A stretch of DNA of 64,000 nucleotides from Parachlamydiales bacterium (GTDB lineage: Bacteria > Chlamydiota > Chlamydiia > Chlamydiales > JAJFMK01), in NCBI GenBank assembly GCA_963765145.1, contig CAVXVG010000026.1, forward strand, positions 160,001 to 224,000. Direction: 5' to 3'. How positions within the stretch are numbered: position 1 is the stretch's first letter; each line of letters begins with the position of its first letter. A program made the translations under genes and the position numbers. Shown here piece after piece: positions 28,864 to 39,115 of the stretch. The notes beneath the pieces are model-generated. The model did no database searches. It worked only from the letters and a program-made list of their open reading frames with translations, and was not told the origin of the DNA.

Positions 28864-28950
28864 CTATTCCCATGTGAACGGTATCCGTACACCTCCAGGA
28901 TGAAGCGGGTCGTGCACATGAGGAGTTTCTACTAGTTCTTGAAGAAGACC
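28864..28950 (-). pseudogene. Possible start-less remnant of a polymorphic toxin C-terminal tip
   Basis: Translates GLLQELVETPHVHDPLHPGGVRIPFTWE*. Confidence 0.4.
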
Positions 28951-28956
28951 TTTTTA

Positions 28957-29217
28957 TTATCCAAGATAGAAATTATCAATTAAACCTTCAAGTAATTCGC
29001 CTTCTTTAGTTAGTTCATAGTTTTTATCAAAACCGAACATTTGGAGGCGATCGCCAAACAAATCTCGAAAATCCTCTACTTTATCTTCGCTTAATTCTAG
29101 CTGATAGTCAGAATTTGTTCTGTAGGTTGACTGTAATAATGGCTGGCAATCAAATGGTAGGGAATCAGATGAGATTAGATAGTTATATTCGCTTCTGCTC
29201 AGTTTAATTTTCTTCAT
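28957..29217 (-). CDS. Probable orphan immunity protein
   Basis: 86 aa, acidic, GFDxxYExTxxGxxLExLID motif; lies in the Rhs cassette array. Confidence 0.6.
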   Translation of the reverse strand: MKKIKLSRSEYNYLISSDSLPFDCQPLLQSTYRTNSDYQLELSEDKVEDFRDLFGDRLQMFGFDKNYELTKEGELLEGLIDNFYLG

Positions 29218-29336
29218 TCCTAATAAATCCTCTCTCTAATTTTCAGCGTTTTTTTTATTGCAAATTAAATAGCGCGTTCCAAATCCATTTAGACGTGTAG
29301 AATTTTCTAGAACTTTTTATTTGATGTAATCTGAGA

Positions 29337-29552
29337 TCATTTTATCTCACACTCATTAATTTTTTTCCAAGCTTCCTTTGGAACTCCAAAATCATCCAAG
29401 GCACATTCGATTGCTATCTCCAATGTGTCTTGAAGATAATCCCGAATACATTTGTTACCTTCAAATACGTAGAGATAGTACCCAGCATAAGGATCGTACT
29501 CGATTTCATAATGTCTGGGTTTAAGAGACTCGGAAATTGCGCGCCATTTCAT
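29337..29552 (-). CDS. Probable immunity protein for the orphan toxin
   Basis: ATG directly abuts the toxin stop; 71 aa. Confidence 0.65.
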   Translation of the reverse strand: MKWRAISESLKPRHYEIEYDPYAGYYLYVFEGNKCIRDYLQDTLEIAIECALDDFGVPKEAWKKINECEIK

Positions 29553-30299
29553 TTATTGTGTCTCCTGGAAATAATAACGATGTTCAGGCCCTGCATCTGT
29601 CCATCTCCCATTTTGCTTCATCTCTTCCAAATGAAAATGAGGCATATCTCCATGCGGGTCTTTGACATCAAAACGGATTTTTCTATTTCCTCTCATCAAG
29701 ATCATATCTCCATCAGCATTTGTTACGATTTTTCCTTTACCCCCAAGAAAATCTTCCATCGACTTCACTGTGCTATCAAATTTTTTCAGCCCGCTTTTTT
29801 TAGTAACTTCCAAAGCGGTGTTTGTAGCAAGTCGTGAGGCAAAATGCTGTCCGGCCTGAATGGGTGCAGCACTTGCTATAGTAAAAAGACTTGAGGCAGT
29901 GTCATTTATAAAATAGGCCGTATTATCTGAGAAGCCTGCATTCTTGATTAATTGGACAGTTAGTGGATCACGGTGTTCTCCTGTGAATAATTGACTCATA
30001 CCTGCAACAAAGTTGTCAGTGCCATGTGCCACTACAATTCCACCAGCCACAAGTCCAATCTCAGACATTGATGTTACTGTGCCACCTACGGCGCCTGCCA
30101 CCATTTCTGTTAGACCGCCTGCAGCTCGAAGACCTCCCTGCACTCGAGGGTTTGCTAGGGTGCTTAGAACAGTTTCAGTTATCGGCTGATAGAAAGGGGA
30201 AGCGAAGCGGCCGTCGGGGTCGCGGAAGTTGATGGGGTCGCCGTTGGCGTAGGAGTAGAGATTGAGAGAAATGGGGCAGGAGATTTGGTCTTGGCTGAC
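29553..30299 (-). pseudogene. Orphan Rhs C-terminal toxin cassette (core remnant plus predicted HxH nuclease tip)
   Basis: In-frame SQDQISCPISLNLYSYANGDPINFRDPDGRF upstream of ORF 29553-30143, DNA nearly identical to about 32385-32476; tip IRFDVKDPHGDMPHFHLE; no in-frame start before the remnant. Confidence 0.85.
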
Positions 30300-30409
30300 T
30301 TGAACTTCCGGTGAGAGGGCTTTGGGCGAACACCAAAAGCCCTCTCAAGTGTGTGCAGAAGCACTTGCAAACTAATTTTATAACCCTGTGATCGCTTATT
30401 AGCGCAGGA
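30294..30409. repeat. Structured direct repeat, copy 1
   Basis: Colinear with 31208-31324; hairpin GAGAGGGCTTT-GGGCGAACACCA-AAAGCCCTCTC. Confidence 0.85.
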
Positions 30410-30434
30410 CGGCTCCTTTCATTTTTGATATGTG

Positions 30435-31109
30435 CTATGGGTTATCTTCAGCAAGATAGGGCAGCTCTTTTTCAATTTGAGCATCAAGCTCGCGAAAAAA
30501 TTTGGCTAGCTTTTCTTGAAATTGATCGCATAAATTTTTCCCCTCCACATCTGGCGATGGGTTCGACTCATTTCTTGATAAATAAGAGGTGAGATTGGTG
30601 ATCATAAAATCAAGATGAGCTTTCTTCCCTTCCTCTTGTGAACTCAAAAATTCTTTAAGTTCTTTACACGTTTTCAATGTTTCGGGGAGGTTTTTTTGTG
30701 GGGTTATGTACACAATTTTTCTACAATTGCTAATTATTCTCAAACCTATCAAACGAAATTGATACCCCCTCTGAGCGTATGACATTTCGCCTTCTTTAGA
30801 GCTATCTTTCATAGAGAGTGTAGGCATCCTGTGTTCTATAGGAGGGCAAAATGTGCCTTTAAAAACAAAAGCTTGATTGAGCGTATTTAAATCATCAAGT
30901 ATTTCAAGCAGGATAGGGAGGCTATCTTTTGTGTCTTGGTAGTTTTTTTGAAGTGAAAATTCTTTGAGAATTTTTTCCTTGTCCGCTTTCATTTGAAGCT
31001 TAAGATTTTTTAAAGCCCACCAACCAGATAAAATAAGAGGGATAAGGATGCCCGCGAGGGTCAATATTGGTTCAATGTAGGGATGCAAATTAGTCTCCAT
31101 GTATATCAA
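30435..31109 (-). CDS. Hypothetical protein with N-terminal TM anchor, flanked by the two structured repeats
   Basis: ILTLAGILIPLILSGWWAL followed by helical region. Confidence 0.65.
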   Translation of the reverse strand: MIYMETNLHPYIEPILTLAGILIPLILSGWWALKNLKLQMKADKEKILKEFSLQKNYQDTKDSLPILLEILDDLNTLNQAFVFKGTFCPPIEHRMPTLSMKDSSKEGEMSYAQRGYQFRLIGLRIISNCRKIVYITPQKNLPETLKTCKELKEFLSSQEEGKKAHLDFMITNLTSYLSRNESNPSPDVEGKNLCDQFQEKLAKFFRELDAQIEKELPYLAEDNP

Positions 31110-31207
31110 AAATTTTTCTGTTTAGGATCGGAAATTGGTTTATATCCATTCAAAAACTTCTTGAAGTTTATCCAAAAAATGATTAATTGGATTCAATTTT
31201 GGAAGTT

Positions 31208-31324
31208 GCTGACGCAACTTCTGGTGAGGTAGCTTTGGGCGAACTCTCAAAGCTACCTTCTCAAGTATGGACGAAACACTTGCGGAATAATTTCACAACT
31301 TTGAAATGGGTTATTATCGCAGGA
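31208..31324. repeat. Structured direct repeat, copy 2
   Basis: Hairpin GGTAGCTTTG-GGCGAACTCT-CAAAGCTACC with compensatory changes relative to copy 1. Confidence 0.85.
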
Positions 31325-31346
31325 TTTCGAGATCTAGCCCCCCTCA

Positions 31347-31646
31347 TTAAATAGGCCAAACAGAACTCAATTTATTCTTCGTTTCGATTATTTTCTGCTT
31401 TAGTTCATTTTTAGTACGATATACCCCGGGGTATTTTCTGATATCGTCTTCGAATTCGGAAAATCTAGCTGTAATTTCTGATAATTCATAGAACGTTTTG
31501 TACTCTTCTTCTGTCAAAGTGTCGTAATCTAACTCTAAGTCATAAGTGGAATAAAATTGATTGCAAAAGGTCGATTCATCAATTTGTCCAGAAAGATACA
31601 TGCTTATTAGTTGGTATATTCTTCGCTTATCAGTTTTTTCGTACAT
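31347..31646 (-). CDS. Cognate immunity protein of Rhs1 (colicin D immunity-like helical protein)
   Basis: ATG 1 bp after the Rhs stop; YQLISMYLSGQIDESTFCNQF...KNELKQKI. Confidence 0.7.
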   Translation of the reverse strand: MYEKTDKRRIYQLISMYLSGQIDESTFCNQFYSTYDLELDYDTLTEEEYKTFYELSEITARFSEFEDDIRKYPGVYRTKNELKQKIIETKNKLSSVWPI

Positions 31647-31647
31647 A

Positions 31648-34600
31648 TTAATCGGGTGAGAGTTTTGAAATCCTTGATAATGGGCCAATAGGCTTTTGGG
31701 TATACTGAAAATGGGATATCGTGTTAGTTGCTTTATCATAGAGGACTTCACAGTTGTACAATTTGCCATTTTTCCACATTTGAGAGTAGTGCATTATTGC
31801 ATTTGAAGCACCCTGGGGATCCTTCAGGGCTGCCATTGGTGATTGAATTACTTCATCCAGCATCTGAATTGGTATTCTTCTCTCAATTTCGTACATATGT
31901 TTACCTGCTGTATGAGTAAACTGAAACATTTCAGCTTCTTTTGCAGTAGAGATGATTGAAGGTAACTTAAAGGATGAGCTAGAGGCTTGAGAAGCGGCTT
32001 TCGTGAGCTTGAACTCGGAAATAAGAGACCGAACTGTAGCGAACCCGGATCGCAAAAGGGCAGGACTTTCTACGATTGCCATTTTGCCTAGGCTAAAAGC
32101 ACCTTTAGCAATGCCAGCAAGATTACCAGCCCATCTTGCTCCTGTGCGAGAATACTGGTAATAAGGATCTTGCGTATCGATAGAAAATTGATTAGCTACA
32201 AAGCCCTCTAAGCTATGCCTTCCATAAGAATAAGCTCTTTCAATTTCAGAATGATTGCCTCCCGATGCAACACCTACAACCGAATGAGCGGCCTGAAATG
32301 TGTCTAAACCAGCTTCGGAAAGACCGTGCAATATGCCCACAGAGATATGGACTGGAGGAGATGACTTATAAGTAGGTGAGGAAAAACGTCCATCGGGGTC
32401 GCGGAAGTTGATGGGGTCGCCGTTGGCGTAGGAATAGAGGTTGAGGGCGATGGGGTAACTGATCGGGTCTTGGCTGAGGAAACGGCCTGAGAGGGGGTCG
32501 TAGTAACGAGCGCCAAAATGGATGAGGCCAGTTGGATCTTGCTGCTTGCCTTGCCAGGTGAGGGATTGGGCGTAGGCGAGGAGTGAGGAAGCAGCTGGGG
32601 CTGGCGTAAGTGGACCGTAGGCGGAAGGAAGTTCCTTTTTCCAAGAGATCTCTTTGGAGGTCAGAACTGCGATGAGGTTGCCGAGGGCATCGTTTAGGAG
32701 ACCCACGGAGTTTCCATTGTTGTCGAGAATGAGTTCGCAGGAAGTGGGGCCATAGATTTTCCAGAAGGTGTTTGAACCTGATTTTAGGCCAATTTCCTGG
32801 AACTCATGTTGGGGGTCGTAATAAAAGAGCGTCTGTTGAGGGAAGGGCCACCATCCAGAAGAGTAGGTTGTTTTTAGGCGACGGCCGAAAGGATCGTAAG
32901 AGGCTTTCCAGGTTGAGTTTGGGCTGGTCACTTGTGTTAGCCTGCCCCAAGGATCCCATTGGTATGTCGTGTTATCTCTAGAGATGGTTTGACCTAGAGA
33001 ATCATAAGTTGCTTTGATTGTTTTGGAATCAATGAGTTCTGTGATGATTTTACCAAAGGCATCGATGCCTTCTTGTGGAACTTGGTGGTGATTGGCAGAA
33101 GTGCGGATGCCAGAGCCTAGTTTGTTGTGATCGAAGGTAAATTGTTCAACCCCTGCAGATTTGAGGTGGCCTCTAGGTGTATAGGAGAAGTTTTTGTCGT
33201 TGTGAGAAGAAAGTTTTCCTGAAGGGGTCCATTTCAGGGATTCGGTGTGGGTTTGGCTGGATAGATGGGAGATGATAGTTTCTGGAAGTGAGGCTTTGTA
33301 ATGGAGGTCGACGCTTATGAAGGGGGTCGTTTTGTGGATCAGAGTGCCATTTAGGCTGTAATCGTAGGAAAGAGTGTGGCCTGAGGTAGAAACGGTTTGT
33401 AGGTGGCCGGCCTCGTAGACAAACTTTCTTTTATGGTCATTGATGCTGAGAGTGCGACTGTTCGGGCTCCACGATTGATCTGTCTGCTGGATCAGAGTGG
33501 AGTTAAGGAAGATCGATTCAGAAATGAGTCGTCCGCAGGAGTCGTAAGAGCGGAGCACTTTGGAGTGATCTTGGCTCGACTCTTCGGCTGAAGTGATGAG
33601 GCCTCTGTTATCGTATGTAAAAGATCGGGTGAAGGGGCCGACTATTTCTTTTTCGAGACGAGATAAAGCATCGTAAAAATATGTGTGGGTACGATCCATG
33701 GGGTCGGTCGCATGTTGTAAAAGCCCTTTTTCGTAACTGTATTGCCACTGTTGAGAGATTTCAGAACCGGCATGAAGGTATTCTATAGTTTTTCTCCCCA
33801 TTTGGTCGTAGGAGGCATTCCATGTCAGGTTTTGAGGAAGGTGACAGGCGATGAGATGGGAGTCGGCATCATAATCGTATTGAATGACAGCTTCATCTGG
33901 GAGAATTTTTTTGGTTAGACGGCCGAAAGGATCGAACTGGAAGTGTGTTGCATGTCCTTCTCCATCGATTGATTCAATGCATTGGCCGCAAGGATCGTAG
34001 TGATAAAGTTGAGTGATTAAACCATCCTCGGTTTTGAGAGGTTGACCCAAAGTATTGACCCAAGTTGAGATGGTTTGGTCGTCGGAGATTTTTTGGTAAA
34101 AGCTTCTTTCTGGTTCGTACACAAGATGGATTTCGGCAATGAGGATGCCATTTTGACTAAAGGTTTCACTTTTGATGAGCTGTCCAGCCTGATAGTGCTG
34201 AATAGTTTTTTCTCCGGAGGGAAGATGGCAAGTGATGGTATCCCCATTGTAATTCCATATTGTTTGTTGCCCATCAGGTGAGGTTTCGGTTTTGGGTCGA
34301 CCGAGGCCATCATAGGTTTTTTCCCAGGTGTTTCCTTCCCCATCTGTCGAAGCGGTGAGGAGGCCACGGGAGTCATAGCATTGTGTTTCTGTAATGCCTA
34401 CTGTGGTTCGAACTACTTTTCGGTTAAGGTCGTCGTAAAAGATGTTAGAAGAGATCCCAGTTCTTGTTTCTTGGATGGGTCGGCCGAAATAATCGTAAAC
34501 GAAAAAGCTTTCAGTACCATCTGGATAAACCTCATTTTTGAGAAGGCCATTAGTTGTGTAGCAGCGTGTTGTTTTGGCACCCATAGGCGAAAGAATGGAA

Positions 34601-37600
34601 GCAATAAAACCACCCTCTTCGTAAGTATAATGAGTGGTCAACCCGTCAGTTGTGATTGAGATGGGGCGACCAATCGGGTCTAGAGTGCGAGAAGTAGAAA
34701 CGCCAAGTGGGTTGACCTCTTCGATCAGTTCTCCACGAGCATCATATTCGTAAAGCGTATAGGCAAAGCCTGCTTTTTTTATTTCGCCTGTCGAAGTCAC
34801 TTGAGTTAATGATTGTCGGGTGGCCATCACTTGGCCAGCAGCGTTGTAATCGATAAAGAGGGTGTTCAGTGGGTCTGGTCCTTGTTGCCAGATCTTCTGA
34901 TTGTTTAAGTTATATCCAAAACGAATAGTTGAGATGAGTTTTCCTGAACGATCATAAACAGAGGTGGTTAGGTTATTTCCCATGATGTCGTACTCATGGC
35001 TCTCTTTTCCATCGGGAGAAACTTTCTCAATACATTGTCCTTGTCGGTTGTATTTGAAGGTTGTCACAACGTTTGGGTCGTCTGTTCCAGTTTCTTGGAT
35101 GATCTGGATAGGGAAGCCATTTTTATAGATCCAACGGGTTACAGCACCGTTGGCGTTTTGACAGGTGAGTTGACCCTTTTCGTCATATTCAAAATGAGTT
35201 GTGGAAACCCGCTGATTGTCTATCCAGCTTTCAACCCTTTTGGGCAGATAGACAAAGTGTTCGTGGTACACAGTGCGAGTGGATTTATTGAGCGTTATCT
35301 CTTCAATGCAAAGATGTTGATCGTTGTAAATCAATTGTTTGTCAGTAACCTCTTCTCCTATTAGCGTAAGGGAGGTTGGGTTGCCAAAACTGTCATACCT
35401 GCATTCGGTGATTAAGCCCCGTTTGTCTTGTGTGGTTTTTAAGCTGTTGAGATAGGCTCCAAGGCCTTCCCAAGGCAAAACTTGCCCTGTTTTAGCATCA
35501 AAATAGCTTTTTTCATCGATGAACCACGATTGGTAGGTGATCTCTCCAACAGGATCGGTGATTTTATAAATCTGTTTGTCGTAGATAAGGTATTGAGTGG
35601 TTCCACCTTCTCCATCGATGACAATAGTCATTCCTTCATCAAATTTGAAAGTAGCGCTAGTGACAATTTGTTGCTGAGGGCCTACAGGAGAACGTTGTTC
35701 GAAGACTCGCCCTTTTTCATCATAGCTATTTTCAAGAACTCTGCCACTGGGGCGAGCCTCTCGTACGATTTGGTGGTGGCTGTCATAGGTGTAGTTGATA
35801 AAAGCATCATTTGGGAGAGTGACCTGGTCTAAATCACCTTGGTAGGTGTAGTGGTATTTAACCCACCGACCATCTTTAGTGAAGGCTTCAGAGATTATTC
35901 CTTCAGGGTTGTAGTGAAACCTTACAAAATTGTCGGTAGAGTTTTCTATCTTAGCGAGTTGCTCACCGTCGTAATGGAAATTAAGGGTGTTGCCAACGGC
36001 ATCGATCCATTCCCTCAGAAGACGGTTTTTAAAGATCCTTTTGGAACCATCTGATCCGTACAGGATGTTATCTTTGATGTAGGCATGGAATGGATTGGCA
36101 GTTCCACCAAAGTTGCGAAGTTCAGGGTTGTCTTCAGCAAAGACCTCGTAACGATCTCCATTTAAGCGGTAGACGATCACTGTCCCATCCATTTCAGCTG
36201 CAAACAGTTTGTCTCCGTTTTCATGGAGGTAAGGGTTCAAGCCGAGTTTCCAACCAAAGCCAAAAACCCCAGGAAGAGGGCTTTGGTTGCTGTAGTTACG
36301 CCGGATCTGTAAAGGGAAAGGTCCTGGGAGTGTGAGATCGACCTCATCCACATAAAAGGCCCCTGTAACAACATCAACAGGGTCAGAAACAAGGTTGGCT
36401 CCCAATTTGTGGCCAGGTCTGACATCCGCTGTTAGCCATGTTTTCTGAAACTGTTCTAGGATTTCGTTATGAGATTCTGATTTCGGCAGAGATACGAACA
36501 AATCACTAGGCTTTATTAGGGTAAATTCAGGTTTTCTTATGTCAGTAAGAAAGTTAGGTGGCAGGCGAGAACCAAAGCCTCCATGCATCAAACGAAGGTT
36601 GTCAGAAATGAGGGCAGACATTTTCAAAGGATGAAAAATCAATGTGCCTATTCCAGTATAGGAAGGTGGATTTTCGTCACTGGATATAAGCTTTGGTGTC
36701 ATATAGGCATAAGCAAACTGCCCATTTTTTGGTTCGTTAAAAGTCTGACTTAAAGTTTCCCATTGCCCTGCTGCAAGAGCTCTTAGAGGAAAGCAGGACA
36801 TCGCATCGGCTTCCTTAAAGCTTTTTGGAGTAAACGTTAAAAACCCGGCCTCTTTTTTATTAGAGATTTCTAAGAGCTTAATTGTAGAAATTGCGTGTGG
36901 ATCTTGGAATATATCCCGGAGAATTTGGTGCTCGTTGGATGAAATATCGCAAATAAGAAGGTCGCTCAATTGTCTTGGAAGAGGGTTGGTGTCCAAATCG
37001 CTTTTAGATTGAAGACAAAACTGCATGTCGACTTGAGGAAAGACGAGTTGACCAGTTAATGGGTCTGGCGAAAGTTTGGCAAGGCCTACAGCAAAATAAG
37101 TGAGCGGGGGGAGTTTATGAAGAGAGGCAAGAGCTGCCTCGGTTCGGCTAACTTTTTCAAAGTAGGCCATTCCAATGAAAGAAAGAAGCCGATCAATTTT
37201 TTTATTCTCGTCTTTTTCCTTTTCGAAAGCCCTTCTAAACCAAGATAATTGCTTTGATGTTACCCTTCCATAATGAGCGCACAGGGCTGCACGTGTTCCT
37301 TTGGCGAAGGAGAATGTCCTAGAGGTCTTTCCAAGAAGAGTTACTTCAAGGTTTAGGCTATAATCTGTTTCATCTAGTGCTAATTTTAGGTCGTGGTTAC
37401 CATCATCATCTATCTGCAAGCAAAAAAAGTGTCGTCCATCTGGCTGTGTAAAGAAAGCGATGTCTCCTGCACGGCAATTCAGAAGATGAGCCGGATAGAT
37501 ACCAGAGCATTTTTTGCCGGGGTTCTCATTAGACGAAATGGTAATCCATATAAGGGCTAGAGGATCTATAGATGAATCTGCTCGGTCGCAAGTCTCTTTT

Positions 37601-38916
37601 ATAGTCGGACGGGGGAAATCTTCCCAACTATCAAACTGTTTCTTAGAGATTTTTCGATGTGTTCCGATGTCTTGTAGAGATAAATTCTGAAGTTTTAGCT
37701 CCTCCTCTAGAAACCGGAGGAATAAAACACCTGCAGTGTCATTGCCGTCGGAGCCAATCAGTTTCGTGATCCGATCATCCTGAGTGACATAACTCTTTAT
37801 CCATCGATCTGAGCTATTAAAGGCTTCAGGTAAAACACTATACAGATCATATCCCTCTTCCACCTGAACCTCTTTGAGCCAGGGGTAGAGGGTGATCTCT
37901 CTTCCGTCAATTTCTAGAATGACTCCTGGGAAGGCAAGGTGGGTCTTGTTCTTTTCCGGCAACTGGACGAAGAATAGATTTTCAAGGAAACGATTTGGAA
38001 GAGAGAGGTAGGGGCTTCGGCAAATAATCTGGGCGTCATAGCCCGCATGTCTCAACAGATAAACTAACAAATCGCATTGCTCCCTTGGAGAGCCTTGCTC
38101 TTCTAAAAAAGTACCCATAGGGTTACGAGCACAAGGAAACTCTATAAAAATATTTCCTTCGTTTTGCAAGTTGATCAGATCAAGTTCAATCTCATTATGA
38201 ACATACTGTGCCAATGCAAGCGGATCTTTTTTCAAATCTTGCACTAACTGATTCAGAACCGGATAAGAAACATGATCAGGGAGAAATCTGCATGTATGGG
38301 GTAAAACCATTTGCTGTTTGCCCAATGGTTTTAAAAGATGAAGTTGAGCAGACTTTTTTAGTTGCCAAGGGAGAGGTTCGAAGAAAATATGGGAGTAAAA
38401 ATAAGCTCTACGCGTTATTTCTTGTTCTTGTAGGGCTTTTCGCGAAAGAGCAGGGTAAAAAACCTCTTCTGGTTTTGAAGGGGTTTTTACTTTGAGATTG
38501 ACTAAGAATTGATCAGCAGATGCCTTCAAAGCTTTTATTTCGTTAAGCTCTTCATTTAGATCTTGAATTTTTTGGTCACAGATCTCCAAGTCAGCTTTAG
38601 TTAACTTTTTCCATTCATCGATCTTTTTATCGGTTAGATTTTTTTTCGCTTCATCTTGTGCCAATATGGCTAAAACTTGCTTCAAGTTAGCTTTAGATGA
38701 AGCATATGCATTCAGTGCCTTTTCGAGAGAATCTATACGTTTTTCTGCTAGATCAGGGGGAATGTTTTGAGCATTTTCCCAAAGCACTTTTCCTGCCTCG
38801 CTCGCTTCCTTCGCAGTTTTTCTATGACTGTTGCAATTTTTTTCGTAGCTATTTTCGGAGATGACGAGGGAAGGGATGAGAAGGCAGAAGAATAAAAGAG
38901 AGTAGAATGTTTTCAT
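31648..38916 (-). CDS. Rhs1: signal peptide, inactive transglutaminase-like domain, DUF6531, YD/Rhs core and predicted RNase/tRNase toxin tip
   Basis: MKTFYSLLFFCLLIPSLVIS; GSPREQCDLLVYLLRHAG; DPVDVVTGAF...FGFGW; ARYYDPLSGRFLSQDP...PINFRDPDG; tip KHM...DPQG...EVLYD...HFQY. Confidence 0.9.
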   Translation of the reverse strand: MKTFYSLLFFCLLIPSLVISENSYEKNCNSHRKTAKEASEAGKVLWENAQNIPPDLAEKRIDSLEKALNAYASSKANLKQVLAILAQDEAKKNLTDKKIDEWKKLTKADLEICDQKIQDLNEELNEIKALKASADQFLVNLKVKTPSKPEEVFYPALSRKALQEQEITRRAYFYSHIFFEPLPWQLKKSAQLHLLKPLGKQQMVLPHTCRFLPDHVSYPVLNQLVQDLKKDPLALAQYVHNEIELDLINLQNEGNIFIEFPCARNPMGTFLEEQGSPREQCDLLVYLLRHAGYDAQIICRSPYLSLPNRFLENLFFVQLPEKNKTHLAFPGVILEIDGREITLYPWLKEVQVEEGYDLYSVLPEAFNSSDRWIKSYVTQDDRITKLIGSDGNDTAGVLFLRFLEEELKLQNLSLQDIGTHRKISKKQFDSWEDFPRPTIKETCDRADSSIDPLALIWITISSNENPGKKCSGIYPAHLLNCRAGDIAFFTQPDGRHFFCLQIDDDGNHDLKLALDETDYSLNLEVTLLGKTSRTFSFAKGTRAALCAHYGRVTSKQLSWFRRAFEKEKDENKKIDRLLSFIGMAYFEKVSRTEAALASLHKLPPLTYFAVGLAKLSPDPLTGQLVFPQVDMQFCLQSKSDLDTNPLPRQLSDLLICDISSNEHQILRDIFQDPHAISTIKLLEISNKKEAGFLTFTPKSFKEADAMSCFPLRALAAGQWETLSQTFNEPKNGQFAYAYMTPKLISSDENPPSYTGIGTLIFHPLKMSALISDNLRLMHGGFGSRLPPNFLTDIRKPEFTLIKPSDLFVSLPKSESHNEILEQFQKTWLTADVRPGHKLGANLVSDPVDVVTGAFYVDEVDLTLPGPFPLQIRRNYSNQSPLPGVFGFGWKLGLNPYLHENGDKLFAAEMDGTVIVYRLNGDRYEVFAEDNPELRNFGGTANPFHAYIKDNILYGSDGSKRIFKNRLLREWIDAVGNTLNFHYDGEQLAKIENSTDNFVRFHYNPEGIISEAFTKDGRWVKYHYTYQGDLDQVTLPNDAFINYTYDSHHQIVREARPSGRVLENSYDEKGRVFEQRSPVGPQQQIVTSATFKFDEGMTIVIDGEGGTTQYLIYDKQIYKITDPVGEITYQSWFIDEKSYFDAKTGQVLPWEGLGAYLNSLKTTQDKRGLITECRYDSFGNPTSLTLIGEEVTDKQLIYNDQHLCIEEITLNKSTRTVYHEHFVYLPKRVESWIDNQRVSTTHFEYDEKGQLTCQNANGAVTRWIYKNGFPIQIIQETGTDDPNVVTTFKYNRQGQCIEKVSPDGKESHEYDIMGNNLTTSVYDRSGKLISTIRFGYNLNNQKIWQQGPDPLNTLFIDYNAAGQVMATRQSLTQVTSTGEIKKAGFAYTLYEYDARGELIEEVNPLGVSTSRTLDPIGRPISITTDGLTTHYTYEEGGFIASILSPMGAKTTRCYTTNGLLKNEVYPDGTESFFVYDYFGRPIQETRTGISSNIFYDDLNRKVVRTTVGITETQCYDSRGLLTASTDGEGNTWEKTYDGLGRPKTETSPDGQQTIWNYNGDTITCHLPSGEKTIQHYQAGQLIKSETFSQNGILIAEIHLVYEPERSFYQKISDDQTISTWVNTLGQPLKTEDGLITQLYHYDPCGQCIESIDGEGHATHFQFDPFGRLTKKILPDEAVIQYDYDADSHLIACHLPQNLTWNASYDQMGRKTIEYLHAGSEISQQWQYSYEKGLLQHATDPMDRTHTYFYDALSRLEKEIVGPFTRSFTYDNRGLITSAEESSQDHSKVLRSYDSCGRLISESIFLNSTLIQQTDQSWSPNSRTLSINDHKRKFVYEAGHLQTVSTSGHTLSYDYSLNGTLIHKTTPFISVDLHYKASLPETIISHLSSQTHTESLKWTPSGKLSSHNDKNFSYTPRGHLKSAGVEQFTFDHNKLGSGIRTSANHHQVPQEGIDAFGKIITELIDSKTIKATYDSLGQTISRDNTTYQWDPWGRLTQVTSPNSTWKASYDPFGRRLKTTYSSGWWPFPQQTLFYYDPQHEFQEIGLKSGSNTFWKIYGPTSCELILDNNGNSVGLLNDALGNLIAVLTSKEISWKKELPSAYGPLTPAPAASSLLAYAQSLTWQGKQQDPTGLIHFGARYYDPLSGRFLSQDPISYPIALNLYSYANGDPINFRDPDGRFSSPTYKSSPPVHISVGILHGLSEAGLDTFQAAHSVVGVASGGNHSEIERAYSYGRHSLEGFVANQFSIDTQDPYYQYSRTGARWAGNLAGIAKGAFSLGKMAIVESPALLRSGFATVRSLISEFKLTKAASQASSSSFKLPSIISTAKEAEMFQFTHTAGKHMYEIERRIPIQMLDEVIQSPMAALKDPQGASNAIMHYSQMWKNGKLYNCEVLYDKATNTISHFQYTQKPIGPLSRISKLSPD

Positions 38917-39115
38917 TATTCAACCATCCAAAAAATCAGTTGTGTAGACTTGTATCAAATTTGATTCTTTTAAGGCCACGATTTAATTTATTTTAAATTT
39001 AGTTTTTTCTTTTATCCTGTGAGAATTAAGCACTAATATCTTTGCCATGTTTCGTGAGCGCAGGCACGGCTCCTTTTATTTATATGCTTGTGTCCGCGAT
39101 GAAGAACAAATATCC

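Noticed and set aside
30294..31324. Canonical integron attC or XerCD dif sites
   Set aside because: No RYYYAAC/GTTRRRY ends and no 11-6-11 dif match; kept only as an unclassified repeat
32304..38495. Many short alternate-frame and antisense ORFs within Rhs1 (likewise in Rhs2, mtaB, the PKS and the helicase)
   Set aside because: Shadow ORFs fully overlapping well-supported genes
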